Source: an uncultured candidate division Zixibacteria bacterium
Lineage (GTDB): Bacteria > Zixibacteria > MSB-5A5 > UBA10806
Assembly (NCBI GenBank): GCA_963817915.1
Contig: CAWFQL010000016.1
Coordinates: 205,690 to 269,689 of the forward strand
Direction: 5' to 3'
Length of the DNA stretch: 64,000 bases
Position numbers and translations under genes: made by a program. This document shows, one piece after another, positions 1-9,359 of the stretch. Numbering within the stretch: position 1 is the first letter of the stretch; every line of letters begins with the position of its first letter. The notes under the pieces are model-generated. The model was not told the origin of the DNA and searched no databases. It saw only the letters and a list, made by a program, of their open reading frames with translations.

Positions 1-224
1 CCATCGATGCTCATCAATGTGAAATTTCCCCGGGAAGTGGAAACGGGGTAAAAATCTATTTTGCCGATTTCCATTTGGAGTGTCAGTCCGGCCTGATCCT
101 GTCTTACAAGAGTGACGCCGGATGCTGAGCTGCTTAGTTGAATTGATTGACTCGCAAGCGTATTTCCAAAGAGCAGTACGCAAGCGAAAACGGTCAACAC
201 CAAACATTGAACCAATTTCTTCAT
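1..224 (-). CDS. 5' part (runs off window) of a secreted protein, probably peptidase C25 (gingipain-like) propeptide region
   Basis: Not in the ORF track. Manual translation MKKLVQCLVLTVFACVLLFGNTLASQSIQLSSSASGVTLVRQDQAGLTLQMEIGKIDFYPVSTSRGNFTLMSIDG...; signal peptide; GGAGG RBS before ATG 224. Resemblance to C25 propeptides judged by eye. Confidence 0.65.
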   Translation of the reverse strand, partial: MKKLVQCLVLTVFACVLLFGNTLASQSIQLSSSASGVTLVRQDQAGLTLQMEIGKIDFYPVSTSRGNFTLMSID

Positions 225-698
225 AGAACCTCCGATTTATTGAACCAATTATTCATCGACATAGACCGAGCCTGGAGTCTTTGCTTCTCTTTCCCCCAAA
301 CTGTCATTGCCGGACAGGTTACGAAGATATAACCATCGACTTTTTAGTATAAACAACGTTCCCGTAAAAATAAAGAAAAATTTCACAATTTCCCTGTTCG
401 ACTTGCCTCTAAAACATTAAATACAAGCACGACATTATTTTAAATATCGTCATTTTGGGCAATATTTTAATCATGCCGATTTTCTTTATTTTGTCTGATT
501 TAAAGGCTCATTCCGCCTGTCATATCGGGCGGTTTTCGCTTTGCAAAGTTTGGCAGTTAAAAATGCTCTTTGTTTCAAAATGAAAAATGTCGGCCGATCG
601 CTTTTGGGATTCATATTATTGGGAAAAATGACGAATAGTAAATTAGGAGCCATTGTCCACGAGTTAGATGATGAGCTCTAAAATATGAAAGGTTCGTT

Positions 699-1559
699 AT
701 GCTGGCAATAATAGGGATTGTTGTTGTAATAGTGGCGGTTGTCGGTGGCTATCTCATGGAAGGCGGCAATCTGTTGGTCCTCTTCCAACCGGCGGAGTTT
801 TTGATTATCGGAGGCGCCGCTTTAGGTTCGATCTTGATCGCGTTGCCGGTCAAGGTTGTTAAAGACCTCATCTCCCAATTAACAGGCATATTAAAGCCGA
901 CTCCCGGCAAGCAAACTTATACTAACATGCTTGTCATGCTATATGAGATATTTCAAGTGGCCCGAAAAGACGGACTTGTAGCCCTTGAGACACATATTGA
1001 AAAGCCGGAAGAGAGTAAGATTCTGACAAAGTACCCTGAATTCCTTTCTAATCATCATCTGGTCGCATTTTTCGCGGACACCATGAGGATAATAATGTCA
1101 GGTTCGGTTCCATCATACGACCTCGAAGCATTAATAGATGCGGACCTCAGCACTCATCATACTGAAACCGCTCTTCCACCGGCAGCCTTAAATAGAGTTG
1201 GCGATTCATTGCCGGGACTTGGAATCGTGGCGGCGGTTCTTGGTGTAGTCATTACCATGGGCGCGATAGGCGGCCCGCCTGAGCAAATCGGCGAAAAAGT
1301 AGGCGCCGCCCTGGTAGGAACATTTTTGGGTATTTTGCTATCGTATGGTTTTGTGCAGCCATTGGCCGCTAATATAGAGACAACAAATAATAACAAATCG
1401 CAATTCTACAATCTTATCAAATCCGCGTTATTGGGTTTCCAAAAGGGAATGGCGCCTTCTATCGCAGTCGAGTTCGCGCGTCGTTCTATACCCTCTGATG
1501 TGCGCCCTGGATTTGTCGAACTTGAAGAGGCATGCCGCGCTTCAAGAGATAAGGCGTAA
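699..1559 (+). CDS. motA: Flagellar motor stator protein MotA
   Basis: 4 TM segments; ARKDGLVALE, LPGLGIVAAVLGVV, GAALVGTFLGILLSYG, AVEFARR motifs; adjacent motB. Confidence 0.96.
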   Translation: MLAIIGIVVVIVAVVGGYLMEGGNLLVLFQPAEFLIIGGAALGSILIALPVKVVKDLISQLTGILKPTPGKQTYTNMLVMLYEIFQVARKDGLVALETHIEKPEESKILTKYPEFLSNHHLVAFFADTMRIIMSGSVPSYDLEALIDADLSTHHTETALPPAALNRVGDSLPGLGIVAAVLGVVITMGAIGGPPEQIGEKVGAALVGTFLGILLSYGFVQPLAANIETTNNNKSQFYNLIKSALLGFQKGMAPSIAVEFARRSIPSDVRPGFVELEEACRASRDKA

Positions 1560-1562
1560 ATC

Positions 1563-2438
1563 ATGCCTGAAGATACTGGCGACCAGCAACAGATTATAGT
1601 CGTCAAGAAAGGTACTGCCCATGCCGGACATCACGGCGGCGCGTGGAAGGTTGCCTATGCCGATTTTGTGACCGCTATGATGGCATTCTTCCTCGTGATG
1701 TGGCTGGTCAACCAGAGCCAGGTAATTAAGGATAATGTCGCCGGCTACTTCAATGACCCGGCTGGTTATATGAAAAGCGGCGGTAAATCGATTCTCAAGG
1801 GTGGCGGTTCAATGCTTAAAGCCCCCGTGGCTCCCAAAGTACAATCAAAGGGAAGCGAGGAAGGCGAGAAAATGCAGAAGCAGCTCGAAGAAGCCGGCGA
1901 GAGGATTAAGGAAGCATTGAGCAAGATGCCTAATTTTGAAGCGCTCAAAAACAATATCGAAATTCGAATGACCCCTGAAGGCTTGAGGATTCAGCTTATT
2001 GAAGCGTCGAGCACCAATGATGATTCGTCTTATTTCTTTGATTTGGGGAGCTCGCATCTTTCCAAGTATGGATCGAATGTTCTCCTGGAGATCGCCAAAG
2101 AGCTGGGGCATCTTGATAATCGCATAGTAATCGAGGGGCATACGGACAGCCGACAATTTGTCTATGAGAAGAAATATTCCAATTGGGAGCTTTCAGCGGA
2201 TCGCGCCAACAGCGCGAGAAAGCTTATGGAGACTCAGGGCCTATGGAAAGATCAGGTGGCTGAAATCAGAGGATATGCGGCGAATTTGCCCCGTATTGCA
2301 GAGAATCCACTGGACGCTAGAAATCGGCGAATCGCAATTATAGTTCTCAAGGAGTTCAAGCCAAAAGATGTAGCCCAGGTGGACAGCGTTTCGACAGTCA
2401 GCCTGATTGAAAAACCAGATGTTATTGGAAAACCATAA
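1563..2438 (+). CDS. motB: Flagellar motor stator protein MotB
   Basis: HHGGAWKVAYADFVTAMMAFF with the conserved Asp; OmpA-like C-terminus (GHTD, NWELSADRA, NRRI). Confidence 0.96.
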   Translation: MPEDTGDQQQIIVVKKGTAHAGHHGGAWKVAYADFVTAMMAFFLVMWLVNQSQVIKDNVAGYFNDPAGYMKSGGKSILKGGGSMLKAPVAPKVQSKGSEEGEKMQKQLEEAGERIKEALSKMPNFEALKNNIEIRMTPEGLRIQLIEASSTNDDSSYFFDLGSSHLSKYGSNVLLEIAKELGHLDNRIVIEGHTDSRQFVYEKKYSNWELSADRANSARKLMETQGLWKDQVAEIRGYAANLPRIAENPLDARNRRIAIIVLKEFKPKDVAQVDSVSTVSLIEKPDVIGKP

Positions 2439-2493
2439 ATCCAATATTTAATAAACTCGCCCGATTCAATATGCCAAATTAGGGATAATAGTC

Positions 2494-2522
2494 TTGACAA
2501 GTATACTCATATAAAATATTGT
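2494..2522 (+). promoter_or_regulatory. Putative sigma-70 promoter TTGACA-N17-TATTGT
   Basis: Perfect -35, 17-nt spacer, TAnnnT -10; ATG 13 nt downstream without an SD. Confidence 0.55.
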
Positions 2523-2535
2523 TTATCAGTATATT

Positions 2536-3318
2536 ATGACAATATCGAGGCTTAAATTATTCGCCGCCATCGTAGTTGCCTTGCTGGATTTTTCTGTACT
2601 GCAGGCCGGCACAAAATTCACGATTGAAGGTGCATCCGGTTTCAGCTCACCGAATCTGCCATTTTCTGAGAATTGGAATGGCAGAGTGACTAACGAGGGC
2701 CTACTGTATCGCGAATTCGCGCTCAGGGGAACTGCCAAGATTAATTCCCTAATTTCCTTGAGTTTTATGGTCGGGTGGCTCAGGGAAAGAGAGGATTTGC
2801 GAGGCATGATTATCTCTTATGGAATAGACCACGGTAAGACATCTTTTTTTCCCCCATATTATTCGCTTTTTTCGAGGGAAATCGTATACTATGTCCCATC
2901 GATAAGACTATCCTCGCAGATAGTCAGACTAGATTTGGGAACGATAATTTATCAAGTTTTCAGGGAAAGCCCTTATAGCCATTTTGAATATCCATTCGAT
3001 GGTGAACACGATTTTAAGCCGGTGTTTGGCGTGGAATTTGGGGAGCCGGGATTTTATGTTTTGGCCAAATATTTTGATGAATTTCCTCTCTATTCGGGCG
3101 GCGGGAATTTCGAAATCGGCCTGGGGGGCAGGTATAACGAAAAGTTCGAGCATAAAATATTTTTCTCGAGAGCTTCGTATGATTATGTGGGAATTGGCTA
3201 TAGAGGCGAATTCGGCCTGTATAAGAATTTTGCGCTGCTTCTGGGACTGACAGCAGGTGGAATAGAAAACAAAAGCCAATACTCCGGCATGATTGGTGTA
3301 AGAACTACTTTAAGATAG
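2536..3318 (+). CDS. Hypothetical exported protein, probable outer-membrane beta-barrel
   Basis: Signal peptide; Gly/aromatic-rich alternating strands (NFEIGLGGRY, VGIGYRGEF, YSGMIGVR). Confidence 0.6.
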   Translation: MTISRLKLFAAIVVALLDFSVLQAGTKFTIEGASGFSSPNLPFSENWNGRVTNEGLLYREFALRGTAKINSLISLSFMVGWLREREDLRGMIISYGIDHGKTSFFPPYYSLFSREIVYYVPSIRLSSQIVRLDLGTIIYQVFRESPYSHFEYPFDGEHDFKPVFGVEFGEPGFYVLAKYFDEFPLYSGGGNFEIGLGGRYNEKFEHKIFFSRASYDYVGIGYRGEFGLYKNFALLLGLTAGGIENKSQYSGMIGVRTTLR

Positions 3319-3347
3319 ATCAAACAATTATCAATTATTCGAATAAT

Positions 3348-4427
3348 TTGAAAGACATAAATAAATCAAAGCCGCTTTCCTTGGGAATATGGTGGGCAGT
3401 TTTTTCTGCGCTGCTATTCGGCCTGGTCACGCCAATTTCAAAATTATTCCTGTCATATGTCAATCCGATAGGGCTTGCCGGATTATTTTATCTCGGTTCC
3501 GGTATTGGGCTCGGGATAATCTACTTAGGGAATAGAATTTTCCGGTCCGATGATAATACCTCGGAAATTTTATTTACCAAACACAATCTCCCGTGGCTGG
3601 CAGGAGCAATATTAGCGGGAGGAGTGGCGGCACCGATACTTCTCATGACCGGTATTAACCTTTCGACCGCGTCGTCGTCATCACTGATGCTAAATATGGA
3701 AAGCGTGTTCACGATTATAATAGCATCGCTTTTGTTTAATGAACGTCTTGAAAAAAAGGGGCTTGTTGGAATCGGCATAATTATCTTGGGAGGAATTCTT
3801 CTTTCATGGCCGGAAAAAATGGAATTCGGATCATTGCAGGGACCGATTTTTATAGCATTCGCCTGTCTGGCATGGGGGATAGACAATAATTTGACAAGGC
3901 AATTATCGGCTGGTGACCCTGTCCAGATAGCTTCGATAAAAGGAATGTCGGCAGGAATTACGAATATTGTTCTATCGTTTATCGTGGGTCTATCGTTCCC
4001 TTCGATTGCTGTAGCGTCCGGTATCGCCGCGGTCGGTCTTTTGGGTTATGGATTCAGTATCGTATTCTTTATAATTTCACTCAGGCATCTTGGCAGCGCC
4101 AGAACATCGGCATTCTTTTCAGTGGCTCCATTTATAGGCGCGTTGGCTTCATTTTTAATATTAGGCGAACCGTTGACATTAAAATTTACCGGCTCATTCA
4201 TATTTATGGGAATTGGAATTTATCTGCTATTTCTTGAGAAACATCAACATGTACATATTCATGATACTCTGACTCACAGTCATTTGCATGAGCATGACGA
4301 GCATCACAAACATGCCCATCCCGATGAAGTCGAGAACGATACTAAACATAGCCACGAACATATCCATGAAAATTTGATGCATTCTCATCCTCATTATCCG
4401 GACATACATCATCGCCATATTCATTGA
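3348..4427 (+). CDS. DMT/EamA family transporter with His-rich C-terminal tail
   Basis: About 10 TM in two EamA repeats (ESVFTIIIASLLFNE, WGIDNNLTR, APFIGALASFLILGE); tail ending HSHPHYPDIHHRHIH. Confidence 0.9.
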   Translation: MKDINKSKPLSLGIWWAVFSALLFGLVTPISKLFLSYVNPIGLAGLFYLGSGIGLGIIYLGNRIFRSDDNTSEILFTKHNLPWLAGAILAGGVAAPILLMTGINLSTASSSSLMLNMESVFTIIIASLLFNERLEKKGLVGIGIIILGGILLSWPEKMEFGSLQGPIFIAFACLAWGIDNNLTRQLSAGDPVQIASIKGMSAGITNIVLSFIVGLSFPSIAVASGIAAVGLLGYGFSIVFFIISLRHLGSARTSAFFSVAPFIGALASFLILGEPLTLKFTGSFIFMGIGIYLLFLEKHQHVHIHDTLTHSHLHEHDEHHKHAHPDEVENDTKHSHEHIHENLMHSHPHYPDIHHRHIH

Positions 4428-4447
4428 CAGGCCTGTCAGGTTTGTTG

Positions 4448-4476
4448 TTGCCGGATACGATTATGTTGCATATAAT
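4448..4476 (+). promoter_or_regulatory. Putative sigma-70 promoter TTGCCG-N17-TATAAT (leaderless mRNA)
   Basis: Consensus -10 ends 6 nt before ATG 4483; no SD. Confidence 0.55.
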
Positions 4477-4482
4477 TACTAA

Positions 4483-6663
4483 ATGAATAAAGAGAAACAA
4501 CGCGATCTGCTTTTATTTGGCATACCATTCATACTGACATTCTCAACATATTTACAAACAGTATGCCCGACAATTTATACCGGCGATTCGGGCGAGCTGG
4601 CATTCGCAATTAGCTCAATGGGGATCGCGCATCCGCCCGGCTACCCTTTGCTGACATTGATAGGCAAATTCTTTACTATTTTTATTCCGGGGAATCCAGC
4701 ATATATTTTAAATATTCTTTCATCGTTGCTGGCGGCAAGTTCGGCTGGAATAGCGGCATTTCTATTGCGCAATATTTTCTACAAACCACCGCAACGAAAT
4801 GACATTCAGCCCATAATTATCTCAATGGCGTTAGCCACTATTTGGGGATTTTCGAATTCGCTTTGGGCAACGGCAGTTGGTATCGAAGTTTATTCGCTGG
4901 GGATTTTGCTCGCGATATTATCATTACTCTCCTTGATCGCATTTATCGAGCGAAATGATTTCAAATATTTTTTAGCTACGACTTATCTTCTATCGCTCGG
5001 ATTAGCAAACCATTTATCAATTGCCGCATTATTTATTCCGATAGTATATGTCGCCATCTCATCCAGGCTCGGTGTAAAGCAAATCGCATTTCTCATATTG
5101 GCCATGATTTTGGGATTGACTGTTTATTTATATCTGCCGATCAGGTCATCTCTAAATCCCATAGCCGATTGGGATCATCCCGCCGGTTTGGCTTCATTAA
5201 TCAATCACATAACCGCGCGTCGTTACGCGGGATATATATCGGGAATCAGATTTGACAATTACTTCGTGAATTTATGGCGTTCGATAAAAATACTCGCAAG
5301 CCAATTTCCGGGATACGCGTCAATCTTTGGACTGATTGGACTTATCGTTTTGAGAAATATCCCGTCAAAAATAAAAACAATTCTCCTGATGATTTTTGCA
5401 TTCAACTTGTTAACTGTTCCCCTCTACGATATACCGGATATCGACCAGTATTATCTGCCTACGATCTTTATTTCAGTGATAGGCCTTTTGATGATATTCC
5501 TTTGGATTAAAGAATTAGTAATTGGCAAATGGGGAGCGATCGCTGTTTCGGCCATGATCGTATTTTTGCTCGGCGGAGCCGCAGGCCGCAATTTCGCCAA
5601 AAACAACCAATCTGAAAACAGGCTGGCATATATTTACGGCATGAATATTCTAAATTCAACTCCGCAGAATTCGAAATTGATCTCTGTCGGCGACAATTCT
5701 AATTCCTCACTCTATTATCTTCGCTATATAGAAAAAATCAGGCCCGATCTTGAAATATATGATCCGGTCATCACAATTGAGAGATTAAAAGACAAGCTTA
5801 ATCTTAATGGATCCAATCGAAATCGTCCTGGAAATGATATTTGTATGGATTTTATAAAGGCCGATCCTGAAAACTCAAGCATTGTCAAAGAGCATGTGCT
5901 GATTCGCGGGAGAGCGTTCAGGTATTCCGAGACGCGGCTGACTCCTCATGGGATGACATATCAATTGGGCACGAATCAACCCGATATGGCGGTCTGGCAA
6001 AATATCACCATGCCATCAATAGATGACTATCAGGCACATCTGGATTTTAAGGGAATGACAATGCTTTGCAATATTTATCTTAGCCGTGGGGAAGATTTGT
6101 ATTGGGCTAAGGATAGTACCGCTGCTGTACAAGCGTTCTCGGAGGCTCGCCGAATCGCGGCGGATATCGGGGAAGCCTCGGTGCACAACAGTCTTGGCGT
6201 CTTTTTCAGACGGATTGGATGGAGATTAGTTTCAGAATCCGAATATTTGCTCGCCTTGAAAGCATCGCATCTCACCGCATTCGAGAAGGCAAATATTTTT
6301 GTCAACCTCGGCAACCTCAAAAAAGACGAGGGATACTATAAGGAATCGATTGATTATTACAATAAGGCCCTGGCAATTAATAAAGATAATCGAGATGCCT
6401 CCTATAATATGTATCTGGCGCAAGCCTATAACAGCCTCAATCAGGGGGCTACCGCCGACGCTGTAAAATATTTCGAGGAGGCCTTAGTTCAGCCGGGTGC
6501 GGATGGCCGACTTTGTTTCAATATCGGAGCGTTATATGATAACAGCCTCAAGGACACTGTTAAGGCCATATTTTATTATAAGCAATATGTTCAGTCCAAT
6601 CCAACAGGGACTCAAGTCGAGAATGCCAGGAAAAGAATCAGCGAACTGACAAAGCAGAATTAA
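4483..6663 (+). CDS. DUF2723 / TMEM260-like GT-C membrane glycosyltransferase with C-terminal TPRs
   Basis: GDSGEL...GIAHPPGYPL motif, EVY, NH, YLYLPIRS; many TM helices; TPRs at C-terminus (VNLGNLKKDEGYYKESIDYYNKALAIN). Confidence 0.88.
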   Translation: MNKEKQRDLLLFGIPFILTFSTYLQTVCPTIYTGDSGELAFAISSMGIAHPPGYPLLTLIGKFFTIFIPGNPAYILNILSSLLAASSAGIAAFLLRNIFYKPPQRNDIQPIIISMALATIWGFSNSLWATAVGIEVYSLGILLAILSLLSLIAFIERNDFKYFLATTYLLSLGLANHLSIAALFIPIVYVAISSRLGVKQIAFLILAMILGLTVYLYLPIRSSLNPIADWDHPAGLASLINHITARRYAGYISGIRFDNYFVNLWRSIKILASQFPGYASIFGLIGLIVLRNIPSKIKTILLMIFAFNLLTVPLYDIPDIDQYYLPTIFISVIGLLMIFLWIKELVIGKWGAIAVSAMIVFLLGGAAGRNFAKNNQSENRLAYIYGMNILNSTPQNSKLISVGDNSNSSLYYLRYIEKIRPDLEIYDPVITIERLKDKLNLNGSNRNRPGNDICMDFIKADPENSSIVKEHVLIRGRAFRYSETRLTPHGMTYQLGTNQPDMAVWQNITMPSIDDYQAHLDFKGMTMLCNIYLSRGEDLYWAKDSTAAVQAFSEARRIAADIGEASVHNSLGVFFRRIGWRLVSESEYLLALKASHLTAFEKANIFVNLGNLKKDEGYYKESIDYYNKALAINKDNRDASYNMYLAQAYNSLNQGATADAVKYFEEALVQPGADGRLCFNIGALYDNSLKDTVKAIFYYKQYVQSNPTGTQVENARKRISELTKQN

Positions 6664-6859
6664 AACCTAAAACTCCTACTATAAACAAACCGATATAACT
6701 AACCATTTTTATCTTGACATCAATATCGTTATGTTATTTATTTTCTTCTGCAAGAATTAGCTTTTAGTTTGACAGATTTTGTTTGATCAAAAATACTTAT
6801 AGGAATTATTAGGTATAATTTCATCAATTGATACGAATTTATTAGAAGGAGGTTGAACA

Positions 6860-7240
6860 ATGAAGTCGAAAATAACTTTCGGTGTACTGATTCTCATCTT
6901 AATAACAGTTTCCGGCTATTCGCAAAGTCCCTGTGACAACCCCTCGCCAGGCAATTGCATGATTCCGGACACATGCTGTGTAGTACCCGAAAATGAATGT
7001 CCCTGGCATATCACAGGCTTGGATTTGACTTATATGATAAATTACTTTAAAGGCGGCGCGGCTCCGCAAAATTATGGCAGGTTTGATGTTAACTGCAGCT
7101 GTCGCTTCAACGGTCTCGATGTAATCTATCTCGTAAATTTTGCCAAAGGTCGAGGACCGGCGCCGCTGTGCTGTTTCTACATCTGCCCCGATTTACAAAA
7201 ACAAAATCAGAGCATCAAACCCACAGAGAAAAAACAATAA
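6860..7240 (+). CDS. Small secreted Cys-rich protein with a dockerin-type domain
   Basis: Signal peptide; AAGGAGG RBS; duplicated GLDLTYMINYFKGG / DVNCSCRFNGLDVIYLVNFAKG; 10 Cys. Confidence 0.75.
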   Translation: MKSKITFGVLILILITVSGYSQSPCDNPSPGNCMIPDTCCVVPENECPWHITGLDLTYMINYFKGGAAPQNYGRFDVNCSCRFNGLDVIYLVNFAKGRGPAPLCCFYICPDLQKQNQSIKPTEKKQ

Positions 7241-7259
7241 ATTCGAGATATTATAAATT

Positions 7260-7300
7260 AATCCCTCAAGGCAATTTTGTCCTGAGGGATTTTCTTATTT
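7260..7300. terminator. Probable bidirectional intrinsic terminator
   Basis: aatccctca...tgagggatt stem with a T-rich tail, between convergent genes. Confidence 0.65.
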
Positions 7301-7318
7301 CAGTATAGTAATATCGAA

Positions 7319-9217
7319 TTAGCTTATCTTCGCGCCGGGAGGGATATCGCTATCGGTAGTGAGCAAGACCAGACTCTTCCCGGATTTTGCGGCTAATAGC
7401 ATACCGTTGGATTCGACACCCTTTATCTTCGCGGGCTGCAAATTCGCCACGACGATCAATGTCTTTCCAACCATCTGCTCAGGCGTATAAAATTGAGCGA
7501 CACCTGCAACGATCTGCCGTTTTTCTGTGCCTAAATCTATCTGCAGTTTTAAGAGTTTGTCTGCTCCCTCTACTCTTTCGGCCGCCAGTACCTTTGCGGT
7601 TCGCAGTTCGGTCTTGGCGAAATCATCGTAGGCGAGAAGATTGGAGGCTTCAGATGTGGATTTAGCGCCAGCTGCCTCAGCGGCTACTGGTTTTTGGAGC
7701 CGAGGGAAAAGCGGATCGCCCTGTTGAATTTTAGTTCCCGAAACAAGCACGCCCCATTTGGCGCGTGTAGTTTGATCTTTATCTCCGGCGATTCCAATTT
7801 GTCTTTGAATTTCCCGGCACTTTTCCGGCATCACCGGAGAAAGCAGAACTGAAACCAGGCGCAAAGACTCGGCGGCATTATAGAGCACACCGCTTAGTCT
7901 ATCGGTCTGACTGTTTTTGGCTAGTTCCCAGGGCTTATTATGTTCGACATAACGATTGGTTGCCCGCACCAATTCCAAAATATCTTCGACAGCCTGATTT
8001 AGCTTAAAAGACTCTATTTTGCCCTTAATAGAACCAACCAGATCAAGTGCCTTTTTTAATAGCTCTCTATCTGATTCGCTGGCGTCGCTGCCCTTTGGCG
8101 GTAATGGTATCGAGCCATTAAAATATGTCCCGACCATTTTGGTGACCCTGGACAGAAGATTGCCAAGATCATTGGCGAGATCGGAATTATAACGCAGTAC
8201 GAATGAGTCTTCAGAGTAGCTTGAATCCTGCCCCAATGTCATATCGCGCACCAAAAAATACCGAAAGGGATCGATGCCGTATTTATCCGCCAGATCCAAC
8301 GGCTTGACAACATTCCCGACCGATTTAGACATTTTGGCATCGCCGGCGAGCCACCAGCCATGAGCGAATATTGTTTTCGGCTGTTCAATCCCCATCGCCT
8401 TCAGCATGCAGGGCCAATAGACGGCGTGAGTAGTCAGAATATCTTTTCCGATTAGATGAACCGCGGGCCAACGACGATCGAACTGCTTTTGATCTTTCAA
8501 ATATCCAATGGCCGAAATATAGTTTATCAAGGCATCGAACCAGACATAGCAGACATAATCCTTATCGAAGGGCAATTCAATTCCCCACGATAGACGCGAT
8601 TTGGGACGGGAAATGCAGAGGTCGCCGAGGGGCTGTTTGAGGAATCCGAGAATTTCGTTGCGTCTGAAATCGGGCAGAATAAAATCGGGATGACTATTGA
8701 TATATTCGATCAGCCAATTCTGATATTTGGACATTTTGAAAAAATAATTTTTCTCAGTGATCTTGATCACCGGTCGATTGCAGTCGGGACAGTTCCCGTC
8801 TTTTAAGTCTTTTTCGGTCCAAAATCGTTCGTCAGGGATGCAATACCAACCTTCATAATCGGCGGAATATATTTCGCCTTTATCATAGATGTCCTGGAGT
8901 ATTTCCTGAACTATTTTTATATGGCGATTTTCGGTAGTCCTGATAAAATCATCATTGCTGATATTCAGTTTTTTCCAGGTATCCTGAAAACGAACAACCA
9001 TTTCATTGCAATATTCAAGAGGCGAAATATTTTTCTTTTTAGCCGCTTCCTGGAGTTTTTGTCCGTGCTCATCGGTACCTGTCAGAAAATAGACATCCTC
9101 GCCGAAAATGCGATGATACCCCGCCAGAACATCGGCAAGAATAGTCGTGTAGGCGTGCCCGATATGCGGTTCGTCATTTACGTAATAGATAGGAGTAGTG
9201 ACATAGAATTTATCCAT
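7319..9217 (-). CDS. metG: Methionine--tRNA ligase with C-terminal tRNA-binding domain
   Basis: HIGH and KMSKS motifs; GTDEHG; YVWFDAL; C-terminal OB fold (KRQIVAG, NLQPAKIKGVESNGMLL). Confidence 0.98.
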   Translation of the reverse strand: MDKFYVTTPIYYVNDEPHIGHAYTTILADVLAGYHRIFGEDVYFLTGTDEHGQKLQEAAKKKNISPLEYCNEMVVRFQDTWKKLNISNDDFIRTTENRHIKIVQEILQDIYDKGEIYSADYEGWYCIPDERFWTEKDLKDGNCPDCNRPVIKITEKNYFFKMSKYQNWLIEYINSHPDFILPDFRRNEILGFLKQPLGDLCISRPKSRLSWGIELPFDKDYVCYVWFDALINYISAIGYLKDQKQFDRRWPAVHLIGKDILTTHAVYWPCMLKAMGIEQPKTIFAHGWWLAGDAKMSKSVGNVVKPLDLADKYGIDPFRYFLVRDMTLGQDSSYSEDSFVLRYNSDLANDLGNLLSRVTKMVGTYFNGSIPLPPKGSDASESDRELLKKALDLVGSIKGKIESFKLNQAVEDILELVRATNRYVEHNKPWELAKNSQTDRLSGVLYNAAESLRLVSVLLSPVMPEKCREIQRQIGIAGDKDQTTRAKWGVLVSGTKIQQGDPLFPRLQKPVAAEAAGAKSTSEASNLLAYDDFAKTELRTAKVLAAERVEGADKLLKLQIDLGTEKRQIVAGVAQFYTPEQMVGKTLIVVANLQPAKIKGVESNGMLLAAKSGKSLVLLTTDSDIPPGAKIS

Positions 9218-9359
9218 TGTATCCTCTTGCTGATATACTTTTCGCTAAACGGTAAAATAGCTGCGTCAAATGCCGCGCATCAACGGCTTTGTTTTGCCGG
9301 GCAAGAATTTAGGAAAATCGGGAGCCATATTTATCTTATCGTCATTAGCAAAAATTACA

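Noticed and set aside
147-332. 61-aa + strand ORF in the track
   Set aside because: Overlaps antisense to the better supported minus-strand gene (RBS, signal peptide); no motifs.
4227-4424. Met-rich minus-strand ORF
   Set aside because: Antisense shadow of the CAT (His) codon run in the DMT tail.
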